From an uncultured Acidobacteriota bacterium (GTDB lineage Bacteria > Acidobacteriota > Thermoanaerobaculia > Gp7-AA8): a DNA stretch of 64,000 nt. The position numbers and the translations under genes were made by a program. Shown piece by piece: positions 1 through 9,609 of this stretch. The stretch lies in assembly GCA_963741955.1 (NCBI GenBank), contig CAVUKB010000004.1, positions 288,001 through 352,000 of the forward strand, written 5' to 3'. Position 1 is the first letter of the stretch. Every line of letters starts with the position of its first letter. The notes under the pieces were generated by a model. The model saw only the letters and a list, made by a program, of their open reading frames with translations, was not told the origin of the DNA and searched no databases.

Positions 1-580
1 ACTCGGAAGCCCCGGAGCGAAAAGCCTCGGCGGCTGCGCGGTGGCCGCGAACGCCGAGGACCGTCGCCTGGCGCATGCACTCGAGCTCGTAATCGGTCTT
101 CCACGCGCGCTCGAAGTGGAGATGATTGACCAGGCGCTCCGGATTCGGATCGCCGACGTTCCATGCGGCGACCGTCGGTTCCGGTTCGCCGAGAAACGCG
201 GTCTTCGTTCCGGGCCGGACGACGAGCTCCTTCGCCTCTTCCGGGTTGGCGATGACTCGGATGTCGAACTCGCCGACCCAGTAGCCGCTCGGCGGCTCGG
301 GCGGTTTGTACCAGTAGTCGACCGGCTGGTAGAAGACCAGCAACGGCTTCTCGCCCGGTGCGTAGGAGACGAACGAATCCGGCACCGTGAGAATCGGAAC
401 CCAGCTCTTGAAGTGCGGGTTCACCTTGAAGGAATAAGGCATGTCGTCGAGGAAAATCATGTGCTCGGCGCCTGCGAAGATCACCGCGCGGTCGTAGCCT
501 GTTTCCCCGAGGGCGCGGTCGAAGCGACGGCGCATCTGTTCGATGTGGGCAGGGTAGAGCTCTGCGAGTTTGTCGTTCAT
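1..580 (-). CDS. pepQ: Xaa-Pro dipeptidase (prolidase), N-terminal part; runs off the window edge
   Basis: Not in the ORF track. Manual minus-strand translation from the ATG at 580 gives MNDKLAELYPAHIEQMRRRFDRAL...FLDDMPYSFKVNPHFKSWVP..., matching the PepQ N-terminus (FLDDxxYxFKVNPxFKxWVP). GAGGAG RBS upstream. Confidence 0.88.
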   Translation of the reverse strand, partial: MNDKLAELYPAHIEQMRRRFDRALGETGYDRAVIFAGAEHMIFLDDMPYSFKVNPHFKSWVPILTVPDSFVSYAPGEKPLLVFYQPVDYWYKPPEPPSGYWVGEFDIRVIANPEEAKELVVRPGTKTAFLGEPEPTVAAWNVGDPNPERLVNHLHFERAWKTDYELECMRQATVLGVRGHRAAAEAFRSGASE

Positions 581-975
581 GGATCTCCTCACTGGCCGGG
601 AAGGATATCGCAAAACGGGAGGCTCGTTCCGAGGATGGATCCGGCGGGATGGAGGCTCCGGGCGGGATGGGGTTCCGTGCTCCCGTACCGGGCCACCGCG
701 AGGGGAGCGTGCGGGTGCTACCGGATTCTTTCGAATCTGAAATGCGGAACGCGAAAATCGGCCGCGGACGGTGCGCGGGGTCAAGGGGACAGTTTCGTAA
801 TTGTTTTCGGCGCGGATCGGAACGAGAATTCTCCAGTGCGGTTACCGCGGAGAAAGGTGACGCCGGGAGATGCGAGGCAACGGTCTTGCACGACGGTTTT
901 TTCGTTCGGTCCGGCTCGCATCCGTGGCGACCAGTTCGACAGCGGAAACCGGACGTAAATGCGAGGGAGCCAGCC

Positions 976-3900
976 ATGTCTCAAAACCGTAGTCGTGTTG
1001 CCATCTTCTTTCCTGCTGCACTGATCCTCCTCCTGGGCATCGCCTTCGCCGTACCCGCCACGGCCCAGCAGTACTTCGGGCGCAACAAGGTCCAGTGGGA
1101 GAGCTTCGACTTCAAGGTGATGAAGACTCCGCACTTCGACATCTACTACTACGGCAACCGGGCGCCCATCGAAGACGTCGGACGGATGGCAGAGCGGTGG
1201 TATGCCCGTTACGAGAAGGCTTTCGGCCGCGGGCTCTCCGAGCGAAAGCCGATCGTGATCTATCAGAACCAGGCGGACTTTCAGCAAACCACCACCACGG
1301 GGGGCCTGATCGGGCAGGGAACCGGGGGGTTCACCGACTTCTTCCGGAATCGAATCGTGATGCCGCTGACCGGCGACTATGCGGATACCGATCACGTTCT
1401 CGGACACGAGATGGTGCACGTCTTCGAGTTCGACCTCTCGAGCCAGTTCGGCAAAGGACAGGTCATCAATCTGCCGCTATGGGCGGTGGAAGGATTGGCG
1501 GAGTACTTCTCGCAAGGGCGTATCGATCCTCAGACTGCGATGTGGGTCCGGGACGCCGCGATCCACGACAAGCTTCCCGACCTCCGAAAGCTCACCACCG
1601 ACCCTCGGTTCTCTCCGTATCAGTACGGACAGGCGTTCTGGGCGTACATCGGAGGCCGCTACGGAGACGCAGCCGTCGCACAGCTTTTCTTCAGTATGAG
1701 CCACTTCGGGATCGAGCAGGGGATCGAGCGGGTGCTCGGTGTACCTGCGAAACAGGTGTTCGAGGAATGGCACAACGCGGTCAAGTCGTATTACCAGCCG
1801 GTGCTCGACGCACGGCAGTCGCCGAAAGAAGCGGGCATCACGCCTCTGCTGGGGAAAGAGACGACCGGAGCGGACCTGAACATCGCTCCGTCGGTCAGTC
1901 CGGACGGATCGACGGTGGCGTTCCTCTCCAGCCGCGGTCTCTTCTCGATCGATCTCTACCTCGCGGACACGAGCACCGGAAAAGTCACCCGGAGACTGGT
2001 CAGCGCGCAGAGCAATCCGCACTTCGATGCGCTCCGTTTCATCGACTCGTCCGGCAGCTGGTCACCCGACGGACAGAAGCTGGCGTTCGTGGTCTTCGAA
2101 AAAGGTGACAACCGTCTCGACGTCGTCGACGTCGGGACGCGCAAGGTCGAGAAGGACATCAACATCAAATCGGTCGACGCGATGGCGAATCCGGCCTGGT
2201 CTCCCGACGGCCACTCGATCGCATTCTCCGGAACGTCGCAGGGACTGACCGATCTCTGGATCTACGATCTCACCACCGGGCAGACACGTCGTCTGATGAA
2301 CGACGCTTACGGCGATCTCGAACCGGCGTGGTCGCCGGACGGAACGCGGATCGCGTGGGTCTCCGATCGGGGTCCGGGAACGGATCTGGACGAGCTCGCG
2401 TACCACCCGATGAGGATCTGGATGATGGACGTGGCGAGTGGCAAGATGGAGCTCCTGCCGTTGTTCGACAACGCGGAGCACATCAATCCGCAGTTCTCGC
2501 CCGATGGCCACAGCCTCTACTTCATCGCCGATCCGGAAGGGGTTCCGGACGTCTTCGAATACTCGTTCGACACCGGTGCGATCACCCGGATCACCCACGT
2601 CGAAACCGGCGTCTCCGGAATCACGGATCTTTCTCCGGCGCTGACCGTCTCGGCCCGCACGGGGCGGATCCTCTACTCGCTCTTCGAGAACGGCAATTAC
2701 GCGATCTACCAGATCAACCCGGGCGAAGCACCACGGACTGCGGTCGCTTCAGCTGCGGCGTCGCTCTCTCCGGCCGGAGTCCTTCCTCCGCTGCCTCTCG
2801 AGCAGAGTGTCGTCACGACGTATCTGCAGAGTCCTTCGAATGGTCTCCCTGCTCCATCGACGGAATTCGCCACCGGATCGTACCGTCCCTCGTTCAGCCT
2901 CGAATACGTAGGTCCCCCGACCGTGGGGGTGGGCACCGACCGTTTCGGGACGGGGATCGGCGGGAGTGTGAGCGCGTACTGGGGCGACATGCTCGATACC
3001 CAGCAGATCGGTCTCGCCGTGCAGACCAACTCCGTCGCGGGGAACGCGATCGGGGATCAGATCGGCGCACAGGTGATGTACCTGAATCAGAAACGGAGGA
3101 TCAACTGGGGAGGGACGGCGACGCACCTCCCGTACGTGACCGGTTTCACGACCGTCGAGCCGGCGGCGCCGGACCAGCCGCTCGGTGCAGAGAACATCAA
3201 TCAGTACATCCAGACCATCCGGATCGACGACCTCGCCGCGACGGCGCAATATCCATTCAGTCTCACCCGCCGGATCGAAGCGAGCGGCGGATATACACAT
3301 TACGGCTTCAGCATCCTCCAGCAGCAGTACGTCGTACTGGGCAACCAGATCATCGGGCAGAACTTCACGCATCTTCCTGCACCGGATGCGATCACCCTCT
3401 ATCACGCTTCGACCGCGTTCGTCGGGGACAGCTCGTTCTACGGGTTCGTCTCGCCGATCCGCGGAACCCGCTATCGGTACGAAGCCGAAGCGTACACGGG
3501 TGATCTCAAATACGAGACTGCGCTCGCAGACTGGCGCCGGTACTTCTTCCTGCAGCCGGTGACCATTGCGGTTCGCGGACTCCACTACGGGCGTTACGGA
3601 ACGGATGCGGAGGACCAGCGCCTCTCGCCGCTCTACATCGGCTACGAGGATCTGGTGCGCGGATACGACATCAATTCGTTCGACGCCAACGAGTGCACTT
3701 CCGTACCGGGAAGCAACGGCTGTCCCCAGTTCGACCGGCTGATCGGCAGCAAAGTCCTGGTCGGGAGTCTCGAGGTACGGGTGCCGCTCTTCGGAACCAA
3801 AGAGTTCGGACTGATCAACTTCCCCTCCGTTCCCACCGAGCTCGCCGGCTTCGTCGACGGCGGCGCCGCGTGGAGCAAGGGACAGTCGGTCGATTGGAAG

Positions 3901-4062
3901 TACGCTACGAATACCACGGCGCGCGTGCCGGTCTTCAGTTACGGAGTCGCCGCCAGATTGCTCCTCGGCGGGTACATTCCCCTCGAGTTCTACTGGGCCA
4001 AGCCACTCCAGAGGCCGGAAAAGAGCTCGGTCTTCGGATTCCTGATCGCTCCGGGGTGGTAG
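976..4062 (+). CDS. Outer-membrane protein: zincin-like peptidase domain + PD40/TolB beta-propeller + Omp85/BamA-like barrel
   Basis: Signal peptide (…AVPATA-QQ), HEMVH...EGLAEY zincin motif, repeated P(A/S)WSPDG blades, C-terminal amphipathic strands with a VRGY motif and terminal W. Start moved to ATG 976 (GGGAG RBS). Confidence 0.8.
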   Translation: MSQNRSRVAIFFPAALILLLGIAFAVPATAQQYFGRNKVQWESFDFKVMKTPHFDIYYYGNRAPIEDVGRMAERWYARYEKAFGRGLSERKPIVIYQNQADFQQTTTTGGLIGQGTGGFTDFFRNRIVMPLTGDYADTDHVLGHEMVHVFEFDLSSQFGKGQVINLPLWAVEGLAEYFSQGRIDPQTAMWVRDAAIHDKLPDLRKLTTDPRFSPYQYGQAFWAYIGGRYGDAAVAQLFFSMSHFGIEQGIERVLGVPAKQVFEEWHNAVKSYYQPVLDARQSPKEAGITPLLGKETTGADLNIAPSVSPDGSTVAFLSSRGLFSIDLYLADTSTGKVTRRLVSAQSNPHFDALRFIDSSGSWSPDGQKLAFVVFEKGDNRLDVVDVGTRKVEKDINIKSVDAMANPAWSPDGHSIAFSGTSQGLTDLWIYDLTTGQTRRLMNDAYGDLEPAWSPDGTRIAWVSDRGPGTDLDELAYHPMRIWMMDVASGKMELLPLFDNAEHINPQFSPDGHSLYFIADPEGVPDVFEYSFDTGAITRITHVETGVSGITDLSPALTVSARTGRILYSLFENGNYAIYQINPGEAPRTAVASAAASLSPAGVLPPLPLEQSVVTTYLQSPSNGLPAPSTEFATGSYRPSFSLEYVGPPTVGVGTDRFGTGIGGSVSAYWGDMLDTQQIGLAVQTNSVAGNAIGDQIGAQVMYLNQKRRINWGGTATHLPYVTGFTTVEPAAPDQPLGAENINQYIQTIRIDDLAATAQYPFSLTRRIEASGGYTHYGFSILQQQYVVLGNQIIGQNFTHLPAPDAITLYHASTAFVGDSSFYGFVSPIRGTRYRYEAEAYTGDLKYETALADWRRYFFLQPVTIAVRGLHYGRYGTDAEDQRLSPLYIGYEDLVRGYDINSFDANECTSVPGSNGCPQFDRLIGSKVLVGSLEVRVPLFGTKEFGLINFPSVPTELAGFVDGGAAWSKGQSVDWKYATNTTARVPVFSYGVAARLLLGGYIPLEFYWAKPLQRPEKSSVFGFLIAPGW

Positions 4063-4100
4063 TGGCGTCGGAATCCGAATGTGAAAGAATGCGGGCCGCG

Positions 4101-4754
4101 ATGACGGAAACTTCCGCCGGAACGGCCCGCATTTCCCTTCTCCGACGCGCATCGACGCTCGAGCTCCTGACCATCGGCTGGGACGCCACCGAAGGCGCGG
4201 TGGCCATCCGGGCCGGTCTTGCCGCGGGGAGTATCGCGCTGGTGGGATTCGGCCTCGACAGCGCGATCGAGATCGTATCCGCAGTCGCGCTCTTCGCCCG
4301 GCTGCGTGGAGAGATTCGAACCCGCGAGATCAACGAACGAGCCGAGGCACTCGCGGTCCGGATCGTGGGAGTGACGTTCTTCCTCCTCGCGACCTACGTT
4401 GCCTGGGAAGCCGTCTCCACGCTCGTTCACCGCGAGCAAGCACGGGAGAGCCTCGTCGGGATCGTTCTCGCCGCGGTCGCCCTGGTGGTGATGCCGTGGC
4501 TGGGATGGGCCAAGATGCGGATCGGCCGATCCCTCGGGAGCGCCGCACTCGTCGCGGACGCGAAGGAGACATTCGCCTGCGGCTACCTCTCGTTCGCCCT
4601 TCTCCTCGGTCTCGGCCTGAACGCCCTCTTCGGCTGGTGGTGGGCCGATCCGGCCGCCGCCCTGATCATGGTCCCGTTCCTGGTCCGGGAAGGATGGGAG
4701 GCGTTCGAAGAAGAAGACGAGGAAGTAGACGAAGGGGAGAGGGAGCCGGAGTGA
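4101..4754 (+). CDS. Cation transporter (CDF/cation-efflux-like membrane protein)
   Basis: GSIALVGFGLDSAIE, ALVADAKET and GWWWADPAAAL motifs; several TM helices; acidic tail. Confidence 0.75.
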   Translation: MTETSAGTARISLLRRASTLELLTIGWDATEGAVAIRAGLAAGSIALVGFGLDSAIEIVSAVALFARLRGEIRTREINERAEALAVRIVGVTFFLLATYVAWEAVSTLVHREQARESLVGIVLAAVALVVMPWLGWAKMRIGRSLGSAALVADAKETFACGYLSFALLLGLGLNALFGWWWADPAAALIMVPFLVREGWEAFEEEDEEVDEGEREPE

Positions 4755-4861
4755 CGAATTCGAGCCGGCGAACAGGCCTGGTGTGACTCGTGCCACTGGC
4801 GCCGTCCCTCGTGCTGTGGTAACTAGTGTCCGCTTTTTACATCCCGCCTCGGGAAGGACAC

Positions 4862-5779
4862 ATGTTCAGGGCTTTCTTCATCAAACTATCGGAAAGTAGA
4901 TCGCTCCGTTCGATCGCCGAACGTTCCTCCATGGGGCGTAAGGTCTCTCAGAGATTCGTCGCCGGCATGGGCCTCGACGACGCGATCCGGGCCACGCGCG
5001 AAGTCAACGCACTGGGGATGCGCGTCAGCATCGACAACCTCGGCGAGAACGTCACGAACGCCGACGAAGCGCGGCAGAGCGCAGAGCTCTACCACTCGCT
5101 GCTCGATGCGATCACCAGAGAGAAGCTCGAGGCGAACGTCAGCCTCAAGCTCACCCATATGGGCCTCGACGTCGACGAACAGCTCGCGCGAGGAATCGTT
5201 CGCGACCTGGTCACGCACGCGGCGCGGATCGGAAGTTTCGTTCGCGTCGACATGGAAGGCTCACCCTACACCCGGAAGACGCTCGACTTCGTCCGGGAGC
5301 TTCACTCCGAGCCCGGTCATGGCGACGTGGTGGGAACGGTGATCCAGGCATACCTCCGAAGGAGCGAAGACGACGTCCGCCGGCTCTGTGCCGAGGGCGT
5401 CAGGATCCGTCTCTGTAAGGGAGCCTACAAAGAGCCGGAAGAGATCGCGTTCCAGCCGAAGTCGGAGGTGGATGCGAATTTCGTACGGCTGATGAAGATC
5501 CTTCTCGAGAGCGGCGTTTTTCACGGGATCGCGACACACGACCCGAAGATGATCGATGCCACCGTTGCGTTCGCGAAGGAGAAGGGGATTCCGCCCTCCG
5601 CGTTCGAGTTCCAGATGCTGCACGGCATCCGGCGCGACCTGCAGCAACAGCTGGTCCGGGACGGTTGGGGAGTCCGGGTCTACGTTCCGTTCGGAACGGA
5701 GTGGTATCCGTACTTCATGCGACGGCTGGCCGAACGGCCCGCGAACGTCTTCTTCCTGCTCAAGAACCTTTTTCGCTGA
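4862..5779 (+). CDS. Monofunctional proline dehydrogenase
   Basis: RFVAG, VRVDME, IRLCKGAY, ATHD, EFQMLHGIR and YVPFG..WYPYFMRRLAERPAN motifs; RBS GAAGGA. Confidence 0.92.
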   Translation: MFRAFFIKLSESRSLRSIAERSSMGRKVSQRFVAGMGLDDAIRATREVNALGMRVSIDNLGENVTNADEARQSAELYHSLLDAITREKLEANVSLKLTHMGLDVDEQLARGIVRDLVTHAARIGSFVRVDMEGSPYTRKTLDFVRELHSEPGHGDVVGTVIQAYLRRSEDDVRRLCAEGVRIRLCKGAYKEPEEIAFQPKSEVDANFVRLMKILLESGVFHGIATHDPKMIDATVAFAKEKGIPPSAFEFQMLHGIRRDLQQQLVRDGWGVRVYVPFGTEWYPYFMRRLAERPANVFFLLKNLFR

Positions 5780-5942
5780 TTCTGAGCTGTGGGCTCGAGG
5801 AATCAATCTCGGCGAGAAGGGAAGCGTCCGCTCCGAAACGCTCGAGCATCTCGGCCGTGATCTCTTCAAAGGCCGCCTGGAAGAGCGCTTCGAGATCGCC
5901 GCTGTCGTCGCGCGTGTCGAAGGCGTCCCCATCTTTCTTCAT
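5760..5942 (-). CDS. Possible small acidic hypothetical protein (~60 aa)
   Basis: MKKDGDAFDTRDDSGDLEALFQAAFEEITAEMLERFG...; GAGGAAG upstream; fills an otherwise empty gap. Confidence 0.35.
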   Translation of the reverse strand: MKKDGDAFDTRDDSGDLEALFQAAFEEITAEMLERFGADASLLAEIDSSSPQLRISEKGS

Positions 5943-6170
5943 CTTCCTCTGCTCTCCGCCGGGCGGCGATGCAATCGGGCAGCCACGTTTCGAATTCAGT
6001 GGATTCCTGAGGTGGCGCCGGCTGCGGAATTCCGGCGTCCGGAACCCTTGCATCCGCCCGGGAGGAAGAGCAGAATCCTCGGGTCCATTTTTCTTCGAAG
6101 CGATGATCCGGAGACCGGTACCGCCGCCGGCCGCAGGGACGTCGAGTTGACTCCCGGGAGGCCTTTCGTG

Positions 6171-6566
6171 ATGCAGTCTGAAGACATCGATGCTCGGATT
6201 CGCAGTCTCTGTCTGAAACTTCCCCATTCCTCCGAATCGTTTCCCCCTCGCGGCCACGCATTTTCGGTCGGCGGCAAGACCTTCGCCGTGATCGAAGACT
6301 ACAACGGACATCATTCGCTGGCGGTCAAGGGCGCCATTCCGGGCGCGGAGCTCTTTCCGGATGAGGATCGCTTCTTCGTCACGCCGCTGGTCGGACGTCG
6401 GGGGTGGATCTCCCTGATCCTCGATCGCGGCGAGCTCGACTGGCGGGAGATCGCCGCGTTACTCGAGCTCAGTTACCGGCAGGTCGCAAGCCGGCGGGCG
6501 CTGAAGGCTCTCGAAGCGTGGGTCGAATCGAGACCGCCGCTTCATGGCGAAGCGCAGCCGATCTGA
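6171..6566 (+). CDS. MmcQ/YjbR family protein
   Basis: LCLKLP...ESFP...FSVGGKTFA...RFFVTPLVGRRGWISL...DWREIAALLELSYR pattern. Confidence 0.8.
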   Translation: MQSEDIDARIRSLCLKLPHSSESFPPRGHAFSVGGKTFAVIEDYNGHHSLAVKGAIPGAELFPDEDRFFVTPLVGRRGWISLILDRGELDWREIAALLELSYRQVASRRALKALEAWVESRPPLHGEAQPI

Positions 6567-6596
6567 TCGCCCGTCTCCCGGGGCCGCTCGACCGAG

Positions 6597-7310
6597 TCAC
6601 GGAAGGAATCGTTGCGGCGGGACCGATTCGTCGTCGGCGAGCGCGAGCTCTGCGAATGCCCGCAGAAGCTTTCGTTCATCCTCTCCGGCGGTCTCCCATG
6701 AGCGGCACAGCTGGTCGATCTCTTCCTCCCTGAAGGTGGCGGGGAGGGTGAACCCGTCTGCGGGTTGAACAGGTTTGTAGATCGCAGTGCGGTGCCACTT
6801 CCCCTGGGCGTCGAGCCTGAGGCTCAGATAAACGGATGGGTGGACAGACCCTTCGCCGCCTTCGGACTTTTGCGACGACGAGTCGAGGAAAGGGACCGCG
6901 TCTTCCGTGGAGACTCCTCCGGTCCCTTTCGCGTTCGCTTTCTGTATCTCGAGCGCGCGAATGACGTGCGAAGTGATCATCCGCTTCAGGGTGGCGAGCG
7001 AGTTCCCGTCCGCTTCGTCGAGATCGATCCCGACGTGATAGATGCTCGTTCCGGCGGCCTCGCTCAGTGCCGGTTGAAGAGAGCAATGACTGACGGTGCC
7101 CTTGAACGCGATCCGCTCTTCGTCCCACACGAACGCGAGCTCGATCGCGCTCGCCTCCTCCAGTGGGGAGTCGGTCTGGATTCGTGCTCCCAGCAGACCG
7201 ATCTCCAGGAGGAGTGCCGGGCCGACGCCGTATACCGTGGTCTCGATCGGCTCGGGAACTCGGATGCGCTCCGCGCGTCGTCGTTCATCGCGTGACTGAT
7301 CCTCAGCCAT
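6597..7310 (-). CDS. PilZ-domain protein
   Basis: N-terminal ERRRAERI (RxxxR) and EIGLLGARI (degenerate DxSxxG), followed by an unassigned C-terminal region. Confidence 0.7.
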   Translation of the reverse strand: MAEDQSRDERRRAERIRVPEPIETTVYGVGPALLLEIGLLGARIQTDSPLEEASAIELAFVWDEERIAFKGTVSHCSLQPALSEAAGTSIYHVGIDLDEADGNSLATLKRMITSHVIRALEIQKANAKGTGGVSTEDAVPFLDSSSQKSEGGEGSVHPSVYLSLRLDAQGKWHRTAIYKPVQPADGFTLPATFREEEIDQLCRSWETAGEDERKLLRAFAELALADDESVPPQRFLP

Positions 7311-7319
7311 GAGTGAAGT

Positions 7320-8720
7320 TTATACGGAATCCTTCCCTGATGGATGCGATGGGGATATGCCTTCGCGCGCCCGCCGGAAGTAGTCGTTCGATTCGCGTAC
7401 GACCAATCCACTCAGAAGAAGGAGCCCGACGAGATTCGGCAGAGCCATCAATCCATTGAGCACGTCCGAGAGGGTCCACATGAGATTCAGGCTGTAGATC
7501 GCGCCGAAGAAGCTGGCGACGACGAACAGCACGCGATACGGAACGATGGACCAGGTGCCGAGGAGGTATTCGATGCTCTTCTCACCGTAGTAGCTCCATC
7601 CGAGGATCGTCGAGAACGCGAACATGGAGAGTGAGATCGCGACGATCCATCCACCCCAGTTGCCGGGGAGACCATGGCGGAACGCCAGCTGGGTGAGCGG
7701 AGCACCATTCTCACCGGACTGCCATGCCCCGGTCGAGATGATCACGATTCCGGTGAAGGAGCAGACCACGATCGTGTCGATGAACGTCTGGGTCATGGAG
7801 ACCATCGCCTGCCGGGTCGGTTCGCGAGTCTGTGCGGCGGCCGCGGCGATGCCGGCGGAACCGAGTCCGGACTCGTTGGAGAAGATGCCTCGAGCCACGC
7901 CGTAACGGATTCCGGCCCGGAGAGTCGCGCCCGTGAATCCGCCCACCGCCGCCGTTCCGCTGAACGCTTCGTGAAATACCAGCGCGAACGCTGCCGGGAC
8001 GGCGCTCCAGTTCAGGATGATGATGATTCCCGACCCGATCATGTACGCGAGGATCATCACCGGCACGAAGAACCCGGTGAATTTTCCGATCGACTGGATC
8101 CCGCCGAGGATCACCGCTCCGGCGAGAATCGCGATCACCAGCCCGGTGGTCCACTGCGGCACGTTGAACGAGGCGTTCAGCGCATCCGCCACGGAATTGG
8201 ACTGCACCATGTTCCCGATGCCGAACGCAGCACAAGCGGCGAAGAGCGCGAAGAGGAACCCGAGAGGTTTACCGATCACGGGATTGGAGATACCGCGGCT
8301 CAGGTAGTACATCGGTCCGCCCGCCTGCTCCCCCCTTTCGTCGATCACCCGGAATCGGACCGAAAGGAACGCTTCAGAGTACTTGGTGGCCATTCCGACC
8401 AGGCCGGTCATCCACATCCAGAAGAGTGCGCCCGGCCCGCCGAGAGAGATCGCCGTCGCCACCCCGACGATGTTTCCGGTGCCGACGGTCGCGGCGAGCG
8501 CCGTCATCAGAGCCTGGAAATGGGAGATGTCGCCTTCCGCATCGTGATCACGACGGACTACGAAGGCGAGCCAGAGCGAGCCCCAGAGCTTCGTGAACTG
8601 CAGCCCGCGAAGGCGGATGGTGAGATAGAGTCCGGTGAGCAGGAGCAGCGGGATCAGGAGCCATGGCCCCCATACGAAGTCCGAGACGTGGTGCAGAACC
8701 GACAGCAGTGTTCCGGCCAA
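7320..8720 (-). CDS. Alanine/glycine:cation symporter (AGCS family)
   Basis: [42 protein letters not shown] and [11 protein letters not shown] motifs. Probable TTG start at 8720 with GGAGG RBS. Confidence 0.92.
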   Translation of the reverse strand: MAGTLLSVLHHVSDFVWGPWLLIPLLLLTGLYLTIRLRGLQFTKLWGSLWLAFVVRRDHDAEGDISHFQALMTALAATVGTGNIVGVATAISLGGPGALFWMWMTGLVGMATKYSEAFLSVRFRVIDERGEQAGGPMYYLSRGISNPVIGKPLGFLFALFAACAAFGIGNMVQSNSVADALNASFNVPQWTTGLVIAILAGAVILGGIQSIGKFTGFFVPVMILAYMIGSGIIIILNWSAVPAAFALVFHEAFSGTAAVGGFTGATLRAGIRYGVARGIFSNESGLGSAGIAAAAAQTREPTRQAMVSMTQTFIDTIVVCSFTGIVIISTGAWQSGENGAPLTQLAFRHGLPGNWGGWIVAISLSMFAFSTILGWSYYGEKSIEYLLGTWSIVPYRVLFVVASFFGAIYSLNLMWTLSDVLNGLMALPNLVGLLLLSGLVVRESNDYFRRAREGISPSHPSGKDSV

Positions 8721-8937
8721 TCGCAACCTCCAGTCCAGCGAGCTTCGAAGGAGTCTAGCCGATTCGCCCGCGAAACGGATGACGATCTGCGATCTGAATC
8801 GATTATCGCCTGGATAAACTAATGACATTTTACGTTAGCTTTATATCTCTGGATCCTTCAGGAACCGAGGGACGGTATCGTTCCTGCTCGTGCTTGGGAC
8901 TCAGACGATCAACCCGAAGAGGGAGGAGGAAAGCCGA

Positions 8938-9381
8938 ATGAAAGAACAGGTTCTGAAGGAGTCCGCGCCGAGGGTTCACCTGCTCGTGTTCGAGATCGAT
9001 GACGAACTGAATGAGACCCTCACGCAATGGGCGCGGCACAACGGCATCCAGGGTGCGCATTTCAAGGCGATCGGAGCGCTGCATCAGGCGACCATCGCGT
9101 ACTGGAACTGGGAGACGAAGAAGTACGAAGACCACCATCTCGACGAGCAGGTGGAAGTCGTCTCTCTGATCGGAAACATCGCCGTGACCGAGGACGGTGA
9201 GACGAAGATGCACGCGCACGTCGTGGTTGGCCGGAGCGATCTGTCGACCCTCGCCGGGCATCTGAAGAGTGCCCGGATTCGTCCCACTCTCGAGCTCGTG
9301 CTGGAGGAATCCGAGTCCGCGATCCGCCGGAAGCACGACGATCGGACGGGGCTGACCCTCATTTCGGTCGAGGGATCGTGA
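8938..9381 (+). CDS. PPC/DUF296 domain protein
   Basis: AIGAL, EVVSLIGNI, HAHVV and AGHL motifs; strong GGAGGAGG RBS. Confidence 0.85.
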   Translation: MKEQVLKESAPRVHLLVFEIDDELNETLTQWARHNGIQGAHFKAIGALHQATIAYWNWETKKYEDHHLDEQVEVVSLIGNIAVTEDGETKMHAHVVVGRSDLSTLAGHLKSARIRPTLELVLEESESAIRRKHDDRTGLTLISVEGS

Positions 9382-9609
9382 GGGACCGGGAGCTTCGCGG
9401 AAGGGTGAAACCGGGTTTTTCGGGTCGTGAGCGGCGCTCCTGCTGTTGCCGAATCGTGAAATCGCCTCGAACGGGTGGCGCTTGAACGCGGGATTTGGTA
9501 AAACGCTGTGAGCGTTTTCTCGCCGGAAACTCGTGCGCATGAAGCGGAAGCGAAACCGCCGTACCGGGCGCGGGCGACGCGCTTTCATCATTCCAGACGG
9601 TAATCTGCT

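Noticed and set aside
41-958. 305-aa plus-strand ORF and the 649 start of the Omp85 gene
   Set aside because: Antisense to pepQ; the Omp85 signal peptide and RBS indicate a start at 976.
4078-4135. Another MITE copy (TGTGAAAGAATGCGGGCC...GGCCCGCATTT)
   Set aside because: Only a partial match, arms are in the opposite order, and it overlaps a start codon; too weak to call.
8721-8880. Glycine riboswitch upstream of the AGCS symporter
   Set aside because: No recognisable aptamer motifs; only an AT-rich divergent promoter region. An Rfam scan would settle it.
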